64,000 nt of DNA from an uncultured Gammaproteobacteria bacterium (GTDB taxonomy: Bacteria > Patescibacteriota > Microgenomatia > CAYXHB01 > CAZYTL01): NCBI GenBank assembly GCA_964650355.1, contig CAZYTL010000004.1:67912-131911 (forward strand). The letters are read 5' to 3'. The notes under the pieces are model-generated. The model was given only the letters and a program-made list of their open reading frames with translations. It ran no database searches and was not told where the DNA came from. The position numbers and the translations under genes are program-made. Shown here one piece after another: positions 37,714 through 47,900 of the stretch (its first letter is position 1; the number at the start of each line of letters is the position of its first letter).

Positions 37714-38472
37714 TTATATTCCTTTCTTGCTTATGCTTTGTCCAATAGAAACCAACTCTCTAAATAGGTCCGTTAAAGAGACCTTAGTTAACTCACTGCT
37801 TGATTCCGGTTTGGTATTTATATCCAGTTCTAAATTACTTAAAAAAATGTCCTTTGTAGCAGATTTTGTAACATTATCCGACGTTTGAGGGCTTACTCTA
37901 AGAACAGCCCATTTTGTTAATCTATTTATTTTTATCCCCTGATTAGTCTTTGCTTCAATAGGTTTATTGATCTGAAACATAAAATTCTCTGTTTCTCCTG
38001 GTTCAATATCAAGTTTTAAATAAGAATTAATATCTTTGTAACCAACTTCCCTATTTGGAACCTGATTTACCAAAATCGCACCAAAGGCGAGTCTAGATGC
38101 CTTTATGTCTGAACACTTTTCAATAAATTTTTGCGTAACATTCAACCACCCTTCTTTGAGATTCTCAAGACTACCTAAATTAGTAAATTCCAAAGAGCCG
38201 TCTTCTTCAAAAAGGATATCTTGTTTTGTACGATATACGAAATCAATACGCACAGGAGTTTTGATTAACTCCAAAATACCTTTCTCATAATCACCCACTA
38301 ATCTAAATTCTCCACTATTTGGAGAGAAGTTTCTTGAATCTGGCTTCGAGTCCAATAATTTTTCCCATATTTCATCTACTTTCAGATCAAAGTTTAGTTT
38401 GGGAAATAAAGTTAGACGAAACAACTTAACACCCCAATTAACATTTTTTTCGTACTTTCTTTTCTTTACCAT
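37714..38472 (-). CDS. Hypothetical protein, 252 aa (first gene of the AT-rich operon)
   Basis: Same as above; 4-nt gap to the downstream gene. Confidence 0.55.
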   Translation of the reverse strand: MVKKRKYEKNVNWGVKLFRLTLFPKLNFDLKVDEIWEKLLDSKPDSRNFSPNSGEFRLVGDYEKGILELIKTPVRIDFVYRTKQDILFEEDGSLEFTNLGSLENLKEGWLNVTQKFIEKCSDIKASRLAFGAILVNQVPNREVGYKDINSYLKLDIEPGETENFMFQINKPIEAKTNQGIKINRLTKWAVLRVSPQTSDNVTKSATKDIFLSNLELDINTKPESSSELTKVSLTDLFRELVSIGQSISKKGI

Positions 38473-38735
38473 ATATCTATCAAGAATTATACCTCAAATT
38501 AAAATATCCTCCAATTCGCATTTATATTTCCTCCTCACTAAGCTTCTGGAGTAATTCACCTCTTATATTTAACCAACCAACCCTCCGTATTCCTCAGACT
38601 GCAGAACCTACTTCGACCCCCTTAAACAAACACCCCAGGCAGGACCCGAGGCAGACGAGTTAAATTATCTATTCGCAGTCTAACAGTTAAAGCGCTAATT
38701 ATCAACTCCAACCCACCTCTCACACCCACTCAAAA

Positions 38736-41012
38736 TCACCCCACGGTCTGCTCTCCCAGCATCCCCTTTGGTCTGGGTCGTCTCACCGGACCCGACCTCC
38801 GGATATCAGTCCCCACACACCATGTAAACTTAGTACCTTCAGGGAAGCGCTTTCTTTTATGAACTAAATCCCGTTCCAGCCTTTCACTCATCTTCCACAC
38901 CGTTTCCACCTCAGCATCAGCTGGCAACTTCATCTTCCTCCTTAACCAAGCCTGATATGCTCTATTCGCATCCCCGGACGGCTGTCCAAAACTCACATAA
39001 CCAGTGGTCGCAACTCTTTTAGGCGTCCTCTTCACATGAGGTCTTACCGCATGAGTCGGCGGGCCCATTGGCTCTGCAGGGTTCTTCTCCTGTTGCACTC
39101 CAATATTATCCGCATTACAACACGATTCCCGAATCAAAGGGTTCACCACCGCATATTCCATCCACCATTTGATATTATGAGGCAAAGGAGGATCAAAATC
39201 CTCAAATTTAGGGCCAAAGTCCCCGTAACCTACATGACAAACCAGATCCCGATTAGTTTCAAAATAAGGTTTTTGTGGCTTTAACCTAATAATCACATCC
39301 CAACCACCTTGTTCATCATTTTCTTTAATTTCTACATTCCTGATTAACTTTGACAACCCGTGACCCTTAAAATCATACCTATCCCATTGGGTATCTTGAT
39401 AAAAATCCCGCATTTTTTGCTGTTGTTCCAAACTTCTTTGCAACGCTAAAATTGAATTTCTTTTCACATCTTCAGGCAACCATCTCTCCAATGCTAATGC
39501 CACCTCGTTAGTCGGCACCACATTTTCGACTAAACAATATATCGAGTCCTCCTTCGGTAAATTTCTCGCCGTTGCAAAACCAGACTTATAAATTTGACTC
39601 TCGGTTAATTCACTCATGACCTCAATTAATTCCTCCCTATCTCGATTCAATCTTTCTTGAAGTAACTCATTGATTCTTACATAATCCCACCTTCCTTCGG
39701 CTTCAAACATTGCGTAACCAGACGCCCCTTCAATTACAAACCAGGTACCAACGACCTCCTTACCTTCTCCTTTGTAACTCGCACCAAACCTATTCTTCAC
39801 ATCTTCTATCACCGCTAACACCAAGTCCGCACCCACCTCTTCATAAGTTCTGGATCTCATCGGCAACCCCCTATACAGAATATTCTGCGGATAAGGCAAC
39901 TGACTAACATCCAGCCCAAAGTCAACTGGCTGATCAAGATATAGATTGTATAAATCACGACTATCACCCATCAGCCTCTCGTCATACTCTAATAATTGCC
40001 TCACCCTCTCCGAATTTCTTATATCCGACCGAGCCGCTTCCATCAACTGCGCTGAAACCGGATAATTGGCTATCGCCCACCATTGATCATCACGCAACTC
40101 AGTTCCCATTGCCTGCCCAATCAAAACTCTTTCTTGCTCAGGAATCCCTTTCAACAATTCAAACAATAAGTGCGGATATGATCTTTGACTACGCAAATAC
40201 TCAGCCGCTGCTTCTATCCTCGCTGCTACCAACAACTGGGATCCCTCTTGCGCTTCAAACTTGGGCTCCCATCCAATTCTCTGATTTAGCAAATGCGAAC
40301 TCTGTAAAATGTCCTCTGACTTCGTGTGCATATCATCCCATTCCGGATCCATCATCGAATTTGTCACCTGAATCGCTTCCCAGGCGGGAGATCCGCTTGA
40401 ATCACCCAACGACGGTAGTCGCAAAATTTTAGGAAATCCGCCCCCTACTAACCTATCAAATGTGTGGGCTGACACCAAAAAGTCACTTCCCGTAGGCTCC
40501 CTTGAAGCCATTCCTAATGCATGTAGCGTATTCACCACTCCCCTAGTATTAAAACCGGTTCCGGTATATTGATCTTCGATCACCCCGGTCAATACCCTTT
40601 CGGTTAACCTTCGTTCAAAAAATAACCTGTCACTCACTCCTTCCACTTCCTCTCTACTTAACACCATCGTACTTGCATCCCATAATCGGACTGCCTTTCT
40701 CTCATCTAGCCGTACCTCTGCATCCTGCCAATAAACAAAATCTCCAAAGATATTAACCATCCGACCCAAGGTTGCATCCAAATTCGCTATTCCCTGTCTT
40801 GAATTTCTTCCCAATAAACCCAAATCGTCTCTTCTCAAAGAAGCTAACATCAGAAACTCACCCAATCTCCATGGTTCATGTTTTAATACAGCAGCATTAT
40901 GTTGTCCGAAATGGCCACTATCTGTATCCTGTACTCTTTGAGGTAAATAAAACTCACCCTGTTCAATCGAGACTCTCTTTGACATACCTTTAAATGCAAC
41001 TTCACAAACCAA
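38736..41012 (-). CDS. Hypothetical protein, 758 aa
   Basis: Long ORF with normal GC; no recognised motif. Confidence 0.6.
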   Translation of the reverse strand: MVCEVAFKGMSKRVSIEQGEFYLPQRVQDTDSGHFGQHNAAVLKHEPWRLGEFLMLASLRRDDLGLLGRNSRQGIANLDATLGRMVNIFGDFVYWQDAEVRLDERKAVRLWDASTMVLSREEVEGVSDRLFFERRLTERVLTGVIEDQYTGTGFNTRGVVNTLHALGMASREPTGSDFLVSAHTFDRLVGGGFPKILRLPSLGDSSGSPAWEAIQVTNSMMDPEWDDMHTKSEDILQSSHLLNQRIGWEPKFEAQEGSQLLVAARIEAAAEYLRSQRSYPHLLFELLKGIPEQERVLIGQAMGTELRDDQWWAIANYPVSAQLMEAARSDIRNSERVRQLLEYDERLMGDSRDLYNLYLDQPVDFGLDVSQLPYPQNILYRGLPMRSRTYEEVGADLVLAVIEDVKNRFGASYKGEGKEVVGTWFVIEGASGYAMFEAEGRWDYVRINELLQERLNRDREELIEVMSELTESQIYKSGFATARNLPKEDSIYCLVENVVPTNEVALALERWLPEDVKRNSILALQRSLEQQQKMRDFYQDTQWDRYDFKGHGLSKLIRNVEIKENDEQGGWDVIIRLKPQKPYFETNRDLVCHVGYGDFGPKFEDFDPPLPHNIKWWMEYAVVNPLIRESCCNADNIGVQQEKNPAEPMGPPTHAVRPHVKRTPKRVATTGYVSFGQPSGDANRAYQAWLRRKMKLPADAEVETVWKMSERLERDLVHKRKRFPEGTKFTWCVGTDIRRSGPVRRPRPKGMLGEQTVG

Positions 41013-41233
41013 ATATTTGATATATTATACTATGAGACAAAACAACTATCAATAAACCGACTGAATCAAACCGTCCCTATCCTCGACTGATAAAACCAGA
41101 CTTTCATATCCACTCAAAATCCGGACGCACTCCAAAAGGCTCTTCCAGCCCCACAACCAACCCAACTCACCTCAAAATTTCCTCCGTCGCCACGAATTAG
41201 CTATAATATAGCCAATTCATAGCACCCTCTTTC

Positions 41234-41938
41234 ATGACAGAACTCGATCCGGCCACTCGAAAGGCTGCCCTCCGACTCTTGGAATCAGACTCCCGAACCA
41301 AAGGTCCCGATTACTGGAATAGTCGCACAAAATGGCTGATGGATAAATATCTTAGCGCCTCATTAACCATTCCCGCCCTCGGCATTTGCTTCGCCACCGG
41401 GTTACAGATCTTTTCTCTGGATAGACACTTTCCTTTTGTCAGTCTACCCAGATATCACCCACTTTACGGCACCCTTTACCAATGGAAACTCAGAACCATG
41501 CCCCCCGGAACAGACAAACAACCTCAGCCCAACTGCGCTGCAGAATTCCGACACCTTAAAATGTCCGGTGACCCTCGGGTTATTCCCCAAGCCATGATTT
41601 GGCGCAGAACCAGTTTCGACGAAATGCCTCAGATTTTTAATGTCATCATCAATGACGATCTCCGTCTGGTTGGTCCCCGGCCTTTATCACAACCTGAATG
41701 GATTAACGATATCGAGCCTCGTTCCCACCTAGAACCTTATCAAACATTTGTCCACAACCTAAATGCAGGCTTGGGATATGGGACCACTTGTCTTGCCAGT
41801 ATCTTAGGCAGACATCAACTTCAATTCGAACAAAGATTACAACTAGACAATCTCTACGCCTCACACGCCTCTGCCGCAGCAGACTGGCGCATCTTTCTTC
41901 ATACATTACTAGTCCCCCTTAAGCTCACCGGCGCTTGA
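41234..41938 (+). CDS. Bacterial sugar transferase (polyprenyl-phosphate glycosyl-1-phosphate transferase family, WbaP C-terminal-like), possibly degenerate
   Basis: One TM helix followed by DEMPQIFNVIINDDLRLVGPRP, matching the DELPQLxNVLxGxMSxVGPRP motif. Confidence 0.65.
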   Translation: MTELDPATRKAALRLLESDSRTKGPDYWNSRTKWLMDKYLSASLTIPALGICFATGLQIFSLDRHFPFVSLPRYHPLYGTLYQWKLRTMPPGTDKQPQPNCAAEFRHLKMSGDPRVIPQAMIWRRTSFDEMPQIFNVIINDDLRLVGPRPLSQPEWINDIEPRSHLEPYQTFVHNLNAGLGYGTTCLASILGRHQLQFEQRLQLDNLYASHASAAADWRIFLHTLLVPLKLTGA

Positions 41939-41955
41939 ACCAACCCACTCTCCAA

Positions 41956-42327
41956 CTATCCAATCCGTCCTGTACCCCATTCTCTCGGGCCCATGTCAAA
42001 CCATCTTCCTATCTCTCGCCACCCTTTCGCCACTTCGTAATCTTGCTCGCTCGGCTGATCTCCAATTCCCTTAGGTGCCATCGCCATCCCCACCATCCGA
42101 TCACACAATTCCCTAGTAATCTTTACTCCCTCAAGTAACGGCCGCACAAAAGCCCCTACCACCTGCCCGCCTTCCCGCATCAAAATTCCGCACCGCACCG
42201 CCACAGGAGAAGCTTTAATATGCGCCCATTCATGCGCAATCACTCTTTCTGCATATTGAGGAATCTTCTCCCATAGAACTTGGCCCATCCGAACAGGTGA
42301 GCCCTGCTCAACTGCTCTTAATTTCAT
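41956..42327 (-). CDS. Small HExxH-motif protein, putative metallopeptidase (ImmA/IrrE- or SprT-like)
   Basis: HEWAH motif. Weak. Confidence 0.4.
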   Translation of the reverse strand: MKLRAVEQGSPVRMGQVLWEKIPQYAERVIAHEWAHIKASPVAVRCGILMREGGQVVGAFVRPLLEGVKITRELCDRMVGMAMAPKGIGDQPSEQDYEVAKGWREIGRWFDMGPREWGTGRIG

Positions 42328-42386
42328 TAAGTATATTATACCTTATTAGAGAGCCTCCCTATCAAATCTTTCCACGACTCATTGCT

Positions 42387-43674
42387 TTACTGTTCAATAT
42401 AATCCCTTAAAGTTCTGGCCTTTTGGGGAAGTCTTAATTTTCGTAATGCTTTAGCCTCAATCTGTCTGATCCGCTCCCTGGTCACCCCAAATTCCTGACC
42501 CACCTCCTCCAAAGTCCGCGATTGGCCATCAACTAAACCAAATCTCATCTCCAAAACTTTTCTTTCTCTATCAGATAATTCGTCTAATAAATCTCCAATT
42601 TTTTCTTTTAATAACGCCTCCACGGCTGCATCTTCTGGTCGAATCGTTCTTTCATCTTCAATAAAATCTCCTAACGTGCTGTCTTCCCCTTCCCCCACCG
42701 CCTCTTGTAGAGAATCTGGTTGCTGAGTCAATCGGCGAATTCCCTTTATTTTTCTCACCGCCTTATCCCACTTCTTTCTAACCGTCGCATCAAGTTTGGG
42801 TGTTTCTCCCTCCATCCATTCCCTGATTGCTCTTATATCCTCCTCACCCAAAAGTCCTATTTCCAATTCCAATGCTAATTCTTCTTCAGTTGGCTCTCGC
42901 CCCTTTTCCCCGAGCAACCTTCTTTGCCCGCGATTCAGACGACTAGCAGTCTCAAGCATGTGCACCGGCAGTCTGATTGTTCTTCCTTTATCGGCCAGCG
43001 CCCGTGTTATAGCCTGACGGATCCACCAACTAGCGTACGTAGAAAACTTATATCCTCTCCGATAGTCAAATTTTTCCACCGCCCTTATTAGCCCCCACAT
43101 TACCCTCCTGAATTAAATCTAGGAAATGTAAACCACGACCCTGATATTTTTTGGCCACACTGACTACTAACCGTAAATTAGCCTCAATCAAATGCTCTCT
43201 GGCTCGCTCGCCTTCCTCTACTTTTCTTTCCAATTTTTTTCTTTTCCCTTCATCTAATTCACTCGCTTCTAATTTCTTCGCTGCTTTCCGGCCCCGTTCA
43301 ATTTTTTTAGCCAGACTCACCTCTTCTTCTTGAGTTAACAAGGGTCTTCTAGCAGCTTCCCTCAGATAAAAACCCACTGGATTATCCCTCGGATTTAATC
43401 CCCCATCGTCTCCCTCATCTTCAATGGTTAGCAATTCTTGTTCACGTTCAATTTGCACCTCTAAATCCTTTAATTGCTCCTCTGTAGGCTCCTTATCGCT
43501 ACTCTCATCCCTTCCCACATCTCTAGCCAGACCCCCTCCTCCTCTTCTCTCATCAGCTGTCTTCCGCGCATAAAATTCCCTTCCTGAAAACAAACCTGGT
43601 CTACCTCCCTCATCCGCCCGAATCCCCTCCGGCAATATCTCGGGACTAAAGGCAAATTCAGGACTCAACACCAT
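42387..43674 (-). pseudogene. rpoD: RNA polymerase sigma-70 (RpoD-like), interrupted by a +1 frameshift in a C5 run at 43094..43098 (pseudogene or sequencing artefact)
   Basis: The upstream ORF ends [41 protein letters not shown]; the downstream ORF begins [34 protein letters not shown] (region 2.3/2.4) through regions 3 and 4. Deleting one G restores the canonical [15 protein letters not shown]. Confidence 0.8.
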
Positions 43675-43783
43675 CTTGCCCCTATTTTATATCTTACTTC
43701 CCCCACCCTCAACCTCATCACCACCATACGAATCTGCTGGTCGCCAACAGCTAATAAATCCAGTATTATAACCAAAAGTCACC

Positions 43784-44197
43784 ATGGATTTCCCTCTACT
43801 TCTCACTGAATTAAAGGATCTTAACCTCCCTCCTGAAGAATTCGTAATCATCAACTCAGGGTCTTTGGCCGTTCGTGGCATCCGGGAAGCTCAGGACCTC
43901 GACATCGTCCCCAGCCATCAACTCTGGGAGAGACTAGCCAAGAAATATCCCATTAGCAACACCCCTTATCGCCAGATGATCACCCCTTCTCCCCACATTG
44001 AAATCCTCGGTCCCAGTCATCAACCCGATTTTGATCTTTTTTCCAACGAACAACTCATCGCGCAGGCCGATATCATTGATGGCATCAGATACGCTAATCT
44101 GGAAACCATTAAAACCATGAAGCGCAAAATGAACCGCCCCAAAGATATCAAAGACCTCCAACTCATTGACCGCTACCTGTTCAAACAAAACCAATAA
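43784..44197 (+). CDS. Minimal nucleotidyltransferase-fold (Pol-beta superfamily, MNT-like) protein
   Basis: GSLAVRG...DLDIV matches GSxxxG...DxD. Weak. Confidence 0.45.
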   Translation: MDFPLLLTELKDLNLPPEEFVIINSGSLAVRGIREAQDLDIVPSHQLWERLAKKYPISNTPYRQMITPSPHIEILGPSHQPDFDLFSNEQLIAQADIIDGIRYANLETIKTMKRKMNRPKDIKDLQLIDRYLFKQNQ

Positions 44198-45637
44198 TCA
44201 CCTGACATTCCTCTTCACTTTCGCCCCCTCTTCCGTATCCTCCACCGTATACCCCAGATCCTCAATCTGCTTCCTCAATTCATCCGCTTCCTCCCACTTC
44301 TTCTCCCTTCGTAAAGTCTCTCTCTTATCAACCAAATCTAATACCTCTTTCGATACTTGATACTTAATACTTGATACCTGATACAAATTTAGTCCCAGCA
44401 CCTGGTCCCAATCCAGCAGCAAATCCACCTTGTCATAACCAGGAATATTATCTTTCAGCATCTCCCACACAATGGCCAAAGCCCCTGGCATATCCAAATC
44501 ATCTTCAATCCGTTCTCTAAACCTCGCCTGCCACATCTGCACCTTCTGCAACTTCTCTTCCGACAACTTAGTTCGTGACTCTTCCTTTCCTTCAACCCTA
44601 GATCTCATCTCCGCCAACCGATCTCTTAACTTATTCAAAGCAATTTGCGCCCCCTTCAGCGCCTCCCATGTAAAATTCAATTCCGTACTATGATGGGCTG
44701 TTAAAAACAAATATCTCAAGGCTATCACATCGAATCCCTTCTCTTCCACATCTTCGACTTTGACCAAGTTTCCTAAACTCTTACTCATCTTCTGTCCTTC
44801 GACCTTTAAAAAATTATGGTGTATCCAGTACTTTACCCAGGGAGACTTTCCGGTAGCTGCTTCCGACTGGGCAATCTCATTGGGATGGTGCACAGAGAGA
44901 TGGTCTTTTCCGCCGGTATGAATATCAAACTGCTCTCCCAAATATTTCATACTCATCGCCGAACACTCTACATGCCACCCTGGGAATCCCTCTCCCCAAG
45001 GGCTGTCCCAATGCATCACATGGTCGGCAAACCGGCCAACCCGCTTAAACCACAAAGAAAAATCGGCCGGGTGTTTTTTATGTTCACCAGTCTTAACTTC
45101 TTCGCGAACAGCAACCTTTTTATCTTCGAGCTTTTGTCCAAACATCTTCCCATAATCTTTAAATTTAGTTACATCAAAATACACCGCTTCTTCAGTCTCA
45201 TACCCATATCCTTTCTCAACTAATTTCCTTACCAATTCGATCTGCTCCGGAATATGTTCAGTAGCTTTGCATATGACATTAGGTCTCAATATATTTAATT
45301 TATCCATCGTCTGATAAAAATAATCCGTAAAATACTCTGCCACCTCCCACACAGTCTTCCCGAACTTCTTCGCACCTTTTTCCAGCTTGTCTTCACCTTC
45401 GTCAGCATCTGAAACCAAGTGACCTACGTCAGTCACATTTTGTACATGTTTTACCTCATATCCCAAATATTCCAAAGTTCTCCGCAGCACATCATCATGA
45501 ACATATTTAAATCCGTGCCCGATATGCGCATAGTCATATACTGTCATTCCACACGTATACATTCCCACTTTTTTCCCTGCAGGATCAATTGGTACAAACT
45601 CCTCTTTCTGGCGAGATAAAGAATTATACAATCTCAT
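44198..45637 (-). CDS. cysS: Cysteine--tRNA ligase
   Basis: CGMTVYDYAHIGHG (the HIGH motif) and KMSKSLGN (the KMSKS motif). The C-terminal region carries a YQVSSIKYQVS insertion encoded by heptamer repeats. Confidence 0.95.
   Translation of the reverse strand: MRLYNSLSRQKEEFVPIDPAGKKVGMYTCGMTVYDYAHIGHGFKYVHDDVLRRTLEYLGYEVKHVQNVTDVGHLVSDADEGEDKLEKGAKKFGKTVWEVAEYFTDYFYQTMDKLNILRPNVICKATEHIPEQIELVRKLVEKGYGYETEEAVYFDVTKFKDYGKMFGQKLEDKKVAVREEVKTGEHKKHPADFSLWFKRVGRFADHVMHWDSPWGEGFPGWHVECSAMSMKYLGEQFDIHTGGKDHLSVHHPNEIAQSEAATGKSPWVKYWIHHNFLKVEGQKMSKSLGNLVKVEDVEEKGFDVIALRYLFLTAHHSTELNFTWEALKGAQIALNKLRDRLAEMRSRVEGKEESRTKLSEEKLQKVQMWQARFRERIEDDLDMPGALAIVWEMLKDNIPGYDKVDLLLDWDQVLGLNLYQVSSIKYQVSKEVLDLVDKRETLRREKKWEEADELRKQIEDLGYTVEDTEEGAKVKRNVR
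44342..44376. repeat. Heptanucleotide tandem repeat (GATACTT x2, AATACTT, GATACCT, GATACAA) inside the cysS 3' coding region
   Basis: Read directly. Confidence 0.8.
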
Positions 45638-45722
45638 TTACCTTTATTTTAAACTTTAATTTAGTTTCTAGCCATTCTATCTAACCTTACAGCAGCTAGC
45701 ATTAATTACTCAACTGAAACTT

Positions 45723-46562
45723 TTAACTATCCTTATCCCATTCTCCGTCATACTCTAAAATTCTAAATCCTTCCGCATACTTCAAACCAACCATTTCTCC
45801 TACTCTTTCTGCGGTTCTGGTTAGCATCCTTTCCACCTTTTTCCATTGTACTTCCCGATCAAACTGAGACACAAACCCCTCCACCGTTTGCAATCTCTCC
45901 TGCCATACAGATTCCACATCCACCACCACATTGGCTTCCGCCGGAGCAAACAACCACACCTGTGACTTGGGAGACAAAAACCGATCACCCAAACCGTTTT
46001 TTTTCACCCACTTCGGCAGAGTAGCCATCATCACTCCCACATTCACCGCCCATGCCAAAGCCCGATGGTCCGGATGCACATACGCATCATACCTACCCCA
46101 CGGATCAAATGAAAACACCAAGTCGGGTTGCTCATTAAAAAGAACCTTAACTACTCTTTTGAGTAACTGTTTTTTCCTATTCTGCAAATCCAGGTCAGCA
46201 TAACCCCAAAACTTAATCTCTTTAGCCTCAAACTTCTTAGCGGCTATCTTCGCCTCTGTCATCCGCATACTCACTAACTCTGACCTGTCCTGATCATGAT
46301 CATGAGTGCCCATGTTTCCGTCAGTGGCTACCACCACCTTCAAACTATTATTCTGCTTTGCAGAACCTAACTGTATCAGAGTCCCCGCCGCCAAAAACTC
46401 CGCGTCATCACTGTGCGCCCCAAACACCAAAATGCGCTTTTTCTTAATCTTGCTAATATCTATTAAATCTGGTTTCAAAATCTTATAACCACCCATAATA
46501 AAAGTGTTTAGTATTTGGTATTTTGTATAACGTATTAAGCATTGTGGTACAAAAATCACCAC
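45723..46562 (-). CDS. PIG-L/LmbE-family N-acetylglucosaminyl deacetylase
   Basis: ILVFGAHSDDAEFLAAGT matches the PIG-L motif (H-x-DD). Confidence 0.75.
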   Translation of the reverse strand: MVIFVPQCLIRYTKYQILNTFIMGGYKILKPDLIDISKIKKKRILVFGAHSDDAEFLAAGTLIQLGSAKQNNSLKVVVATDGNMGTHDHDQDRSELVSMRMTEAKIAAKKFEAKEIKFWGYADLDLQNRKKQLLKRVVKVLFNEQPDLVFSFDPWGRYDAYVHPDHRALAWAVNVGVMMATLPKWVKKNGLGDRFLSPKSQVWLFAPAEANVVVDVESVWQERLQTVEGFVSQFDREVQWKKVERMLTRTAERVGEMVGLKYAEGFRILEYDGEWDKDS

Positions 46563-46583
46563 TGCTAAAATCCGACCTTTGCT

Positions 46584-46618
46584 ATACCTAATACCTGATA
46601 CCTCATACCAAATACCAA
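46584..46618. repeat. Heptanucleotide tandem repeat (ATACCTN x3, ATACCAA x2), intergenic
   Basis: Read directly. Confidence 0.8.
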
Positions 46619-46643
46619 TAAAAAACCTCCCTGGTCAGGAGGC
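46615..46643 (-). terminator. Rho-independent terminator-like hairpin (CCTCC-N7-GGAGG followed by a T-run on the minus strand)
   Basis: Read directly; lies downstream of the minus-strand NUDIX gene. Confidence 0.5.
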
Positions 46644-46678
46644 TAACATAAATCTTAAAAACTGTTTGTGATCTAAAC

Positions 46679-46710
46679 CACAAAACCGCCTCCCAACCTA
46701 AGAGGAGGCG
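46679..46710 (-). terminator. Second terminator-like hairpin (CGCCTCC-N10-GGAGGCG, then TTTTG on the minus strand)
   Basis: Read directly. Confidence 0.4.
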
Positions 46711-46814
46711 CAACAACAAGCTAAATTTTTACCTACAATTCGCATAAAATACCTATTAAAATTCTTAACTTACCCGAATCTTATTCTACACTATCCTAAA
46801 TGTCAACCACCCTT

Positions 46815-47276
46815 TTACTCCTCCAAACCCAAATCCTCCTTTTTCGGCAATTCTTTACCCAATAAACCTCTGGCGAAAAAATGATCTAAATCCTCCACAT
46901 AATCCTTCAAGGCTGGACACAAAACAATCCCCTTCAACTCAACCGGAGAAAACCACTCCATCCTTTGACCCTCATCTCCCAGTTTAAACTTCTCTACCTC
47001 ATGATCTTCAGCTTCGCACCAATACAAGCAATCTTTCAAGTCTTCCTCTGGCCACTCTCTTGTCCCCAGGTAAACCAATCGTTTGGGCACATAACTTATC
47101 TCTTCTTGCAACTCCCGTTTAATCGTCTCTTGATGGGTTTCACCTTTTTCAATTACCCCGCCGGGCAAATCCCAAGTACTGGGATAAGGAATATCATCGA
47201 AATCATCTCTGAGAATTAATAAAATTTTCCCTTGATGTACTATGAACACCGCACTAGCCATGCCGCCATTATACAC
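46815..47276 (-). CDS. NUDIX hydrolase
   Basis: GGVIEKGETHQETIKRELQEE matches the Nudix box Gx5Ex7REUxEExGU. Confidence 0.8.
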   Translation of the reverse strand: MYNGGMASAVFIVHQGKILLILRDDFDDIPYPSTWDLPGGVIEKGETHQETIKRELQEEISYVPKRLVYLGTREWPEEDLKDCLYWCEAEDHEVEKFKLGDEGQRMEWFSPVELKGIVLCPALKDYVEDLDHFFARGLLGKELPKKEDLGLEE

Positions 47277-47397
47277 CCAACATCTACTACGCGGGCTCCG
47301 ATATCCCTCGGGACCCGCCCACTATTCGCTCCAAATTCTGAGTGAATCCAAAGTCGAATCAACAATCTTCTATTTATCAGTAAATGATCTTTACTGT

Positions 47398-47432
47398 TTA
47401 CTGATTACTGATAACCGATTACCGACGGCCTA
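47398..47432. repeat. Heptanucleotide tandem repeat (TTTACTG x2, ATTACTG, ATAACCG, ATTACCG), intergenic
   Basis: Read directly. Confidence 0.75.
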
Positions 47433-47852
47433 TTTTTTCTTTGCTTTGACAGCAATCTTTTTCGGCTTCACCTCTTCCGCCTTAGGCAACACCAACTTTA
47501 ACACTCCGTTTTCCACTGTAGCGTCTGCTTTATCAGCCTTTACCGGACAAGGCAGTGATGTCGTATACAAATACTTGGCTTGCCGGGCTTGGCGGTAAAC
47601 CACTTTGCGCTTCTTCTTTTCCTCTTCATTAGTTTCATATTCCGCCTTAACCGTCACTGTACCCCCTTCCACCGACACCTCAACCTTATCTTCCGGCACT
47701 CCAGCCACATTGGCTTCTACCACCACATCATTGTCGGTTTCATACACAGTCAATCCTTGTTCAACATCACTCCACCAGTCTTCGTCAAACATGCTCGGCA
47801 TGCGCCAAAAGTCTCTTGACAAAGCCATCGGATCCCATCTGACAATCGCCAT
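47430..47852 (-). CDS. Small heat shock protein, Hsp20/alpha-crystallin family
   Basis: Start set at the internal ATG (MAIVRWDP...), which is preceded by a perfect SD AAAGGAGGTGA with 9-nt spacing. The ORF track's longer form begins inside the upstream hairpin. Alpha-crystallin-domain-like sequence, C-terminal IAVKA. Confidence 0.8.
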   Translation of the reverse strand: MAIVRWDPMALSRDFWRMPSMFDEDWWSDVEQGLTVYETDNDVVVEANVAGVPEDKVEVSVEGGTVTVKAEYETNEEEKKKRKVVYRQARQAKYLYTTSLPCPVKADKADATVENGVLKLVLPKAEEVKPKKIAVKAKKK

Positions 47853-47900
47853 AATTATCTCACCTCCTTTCGCATACCGCTTAAAATACAATAATATGCG

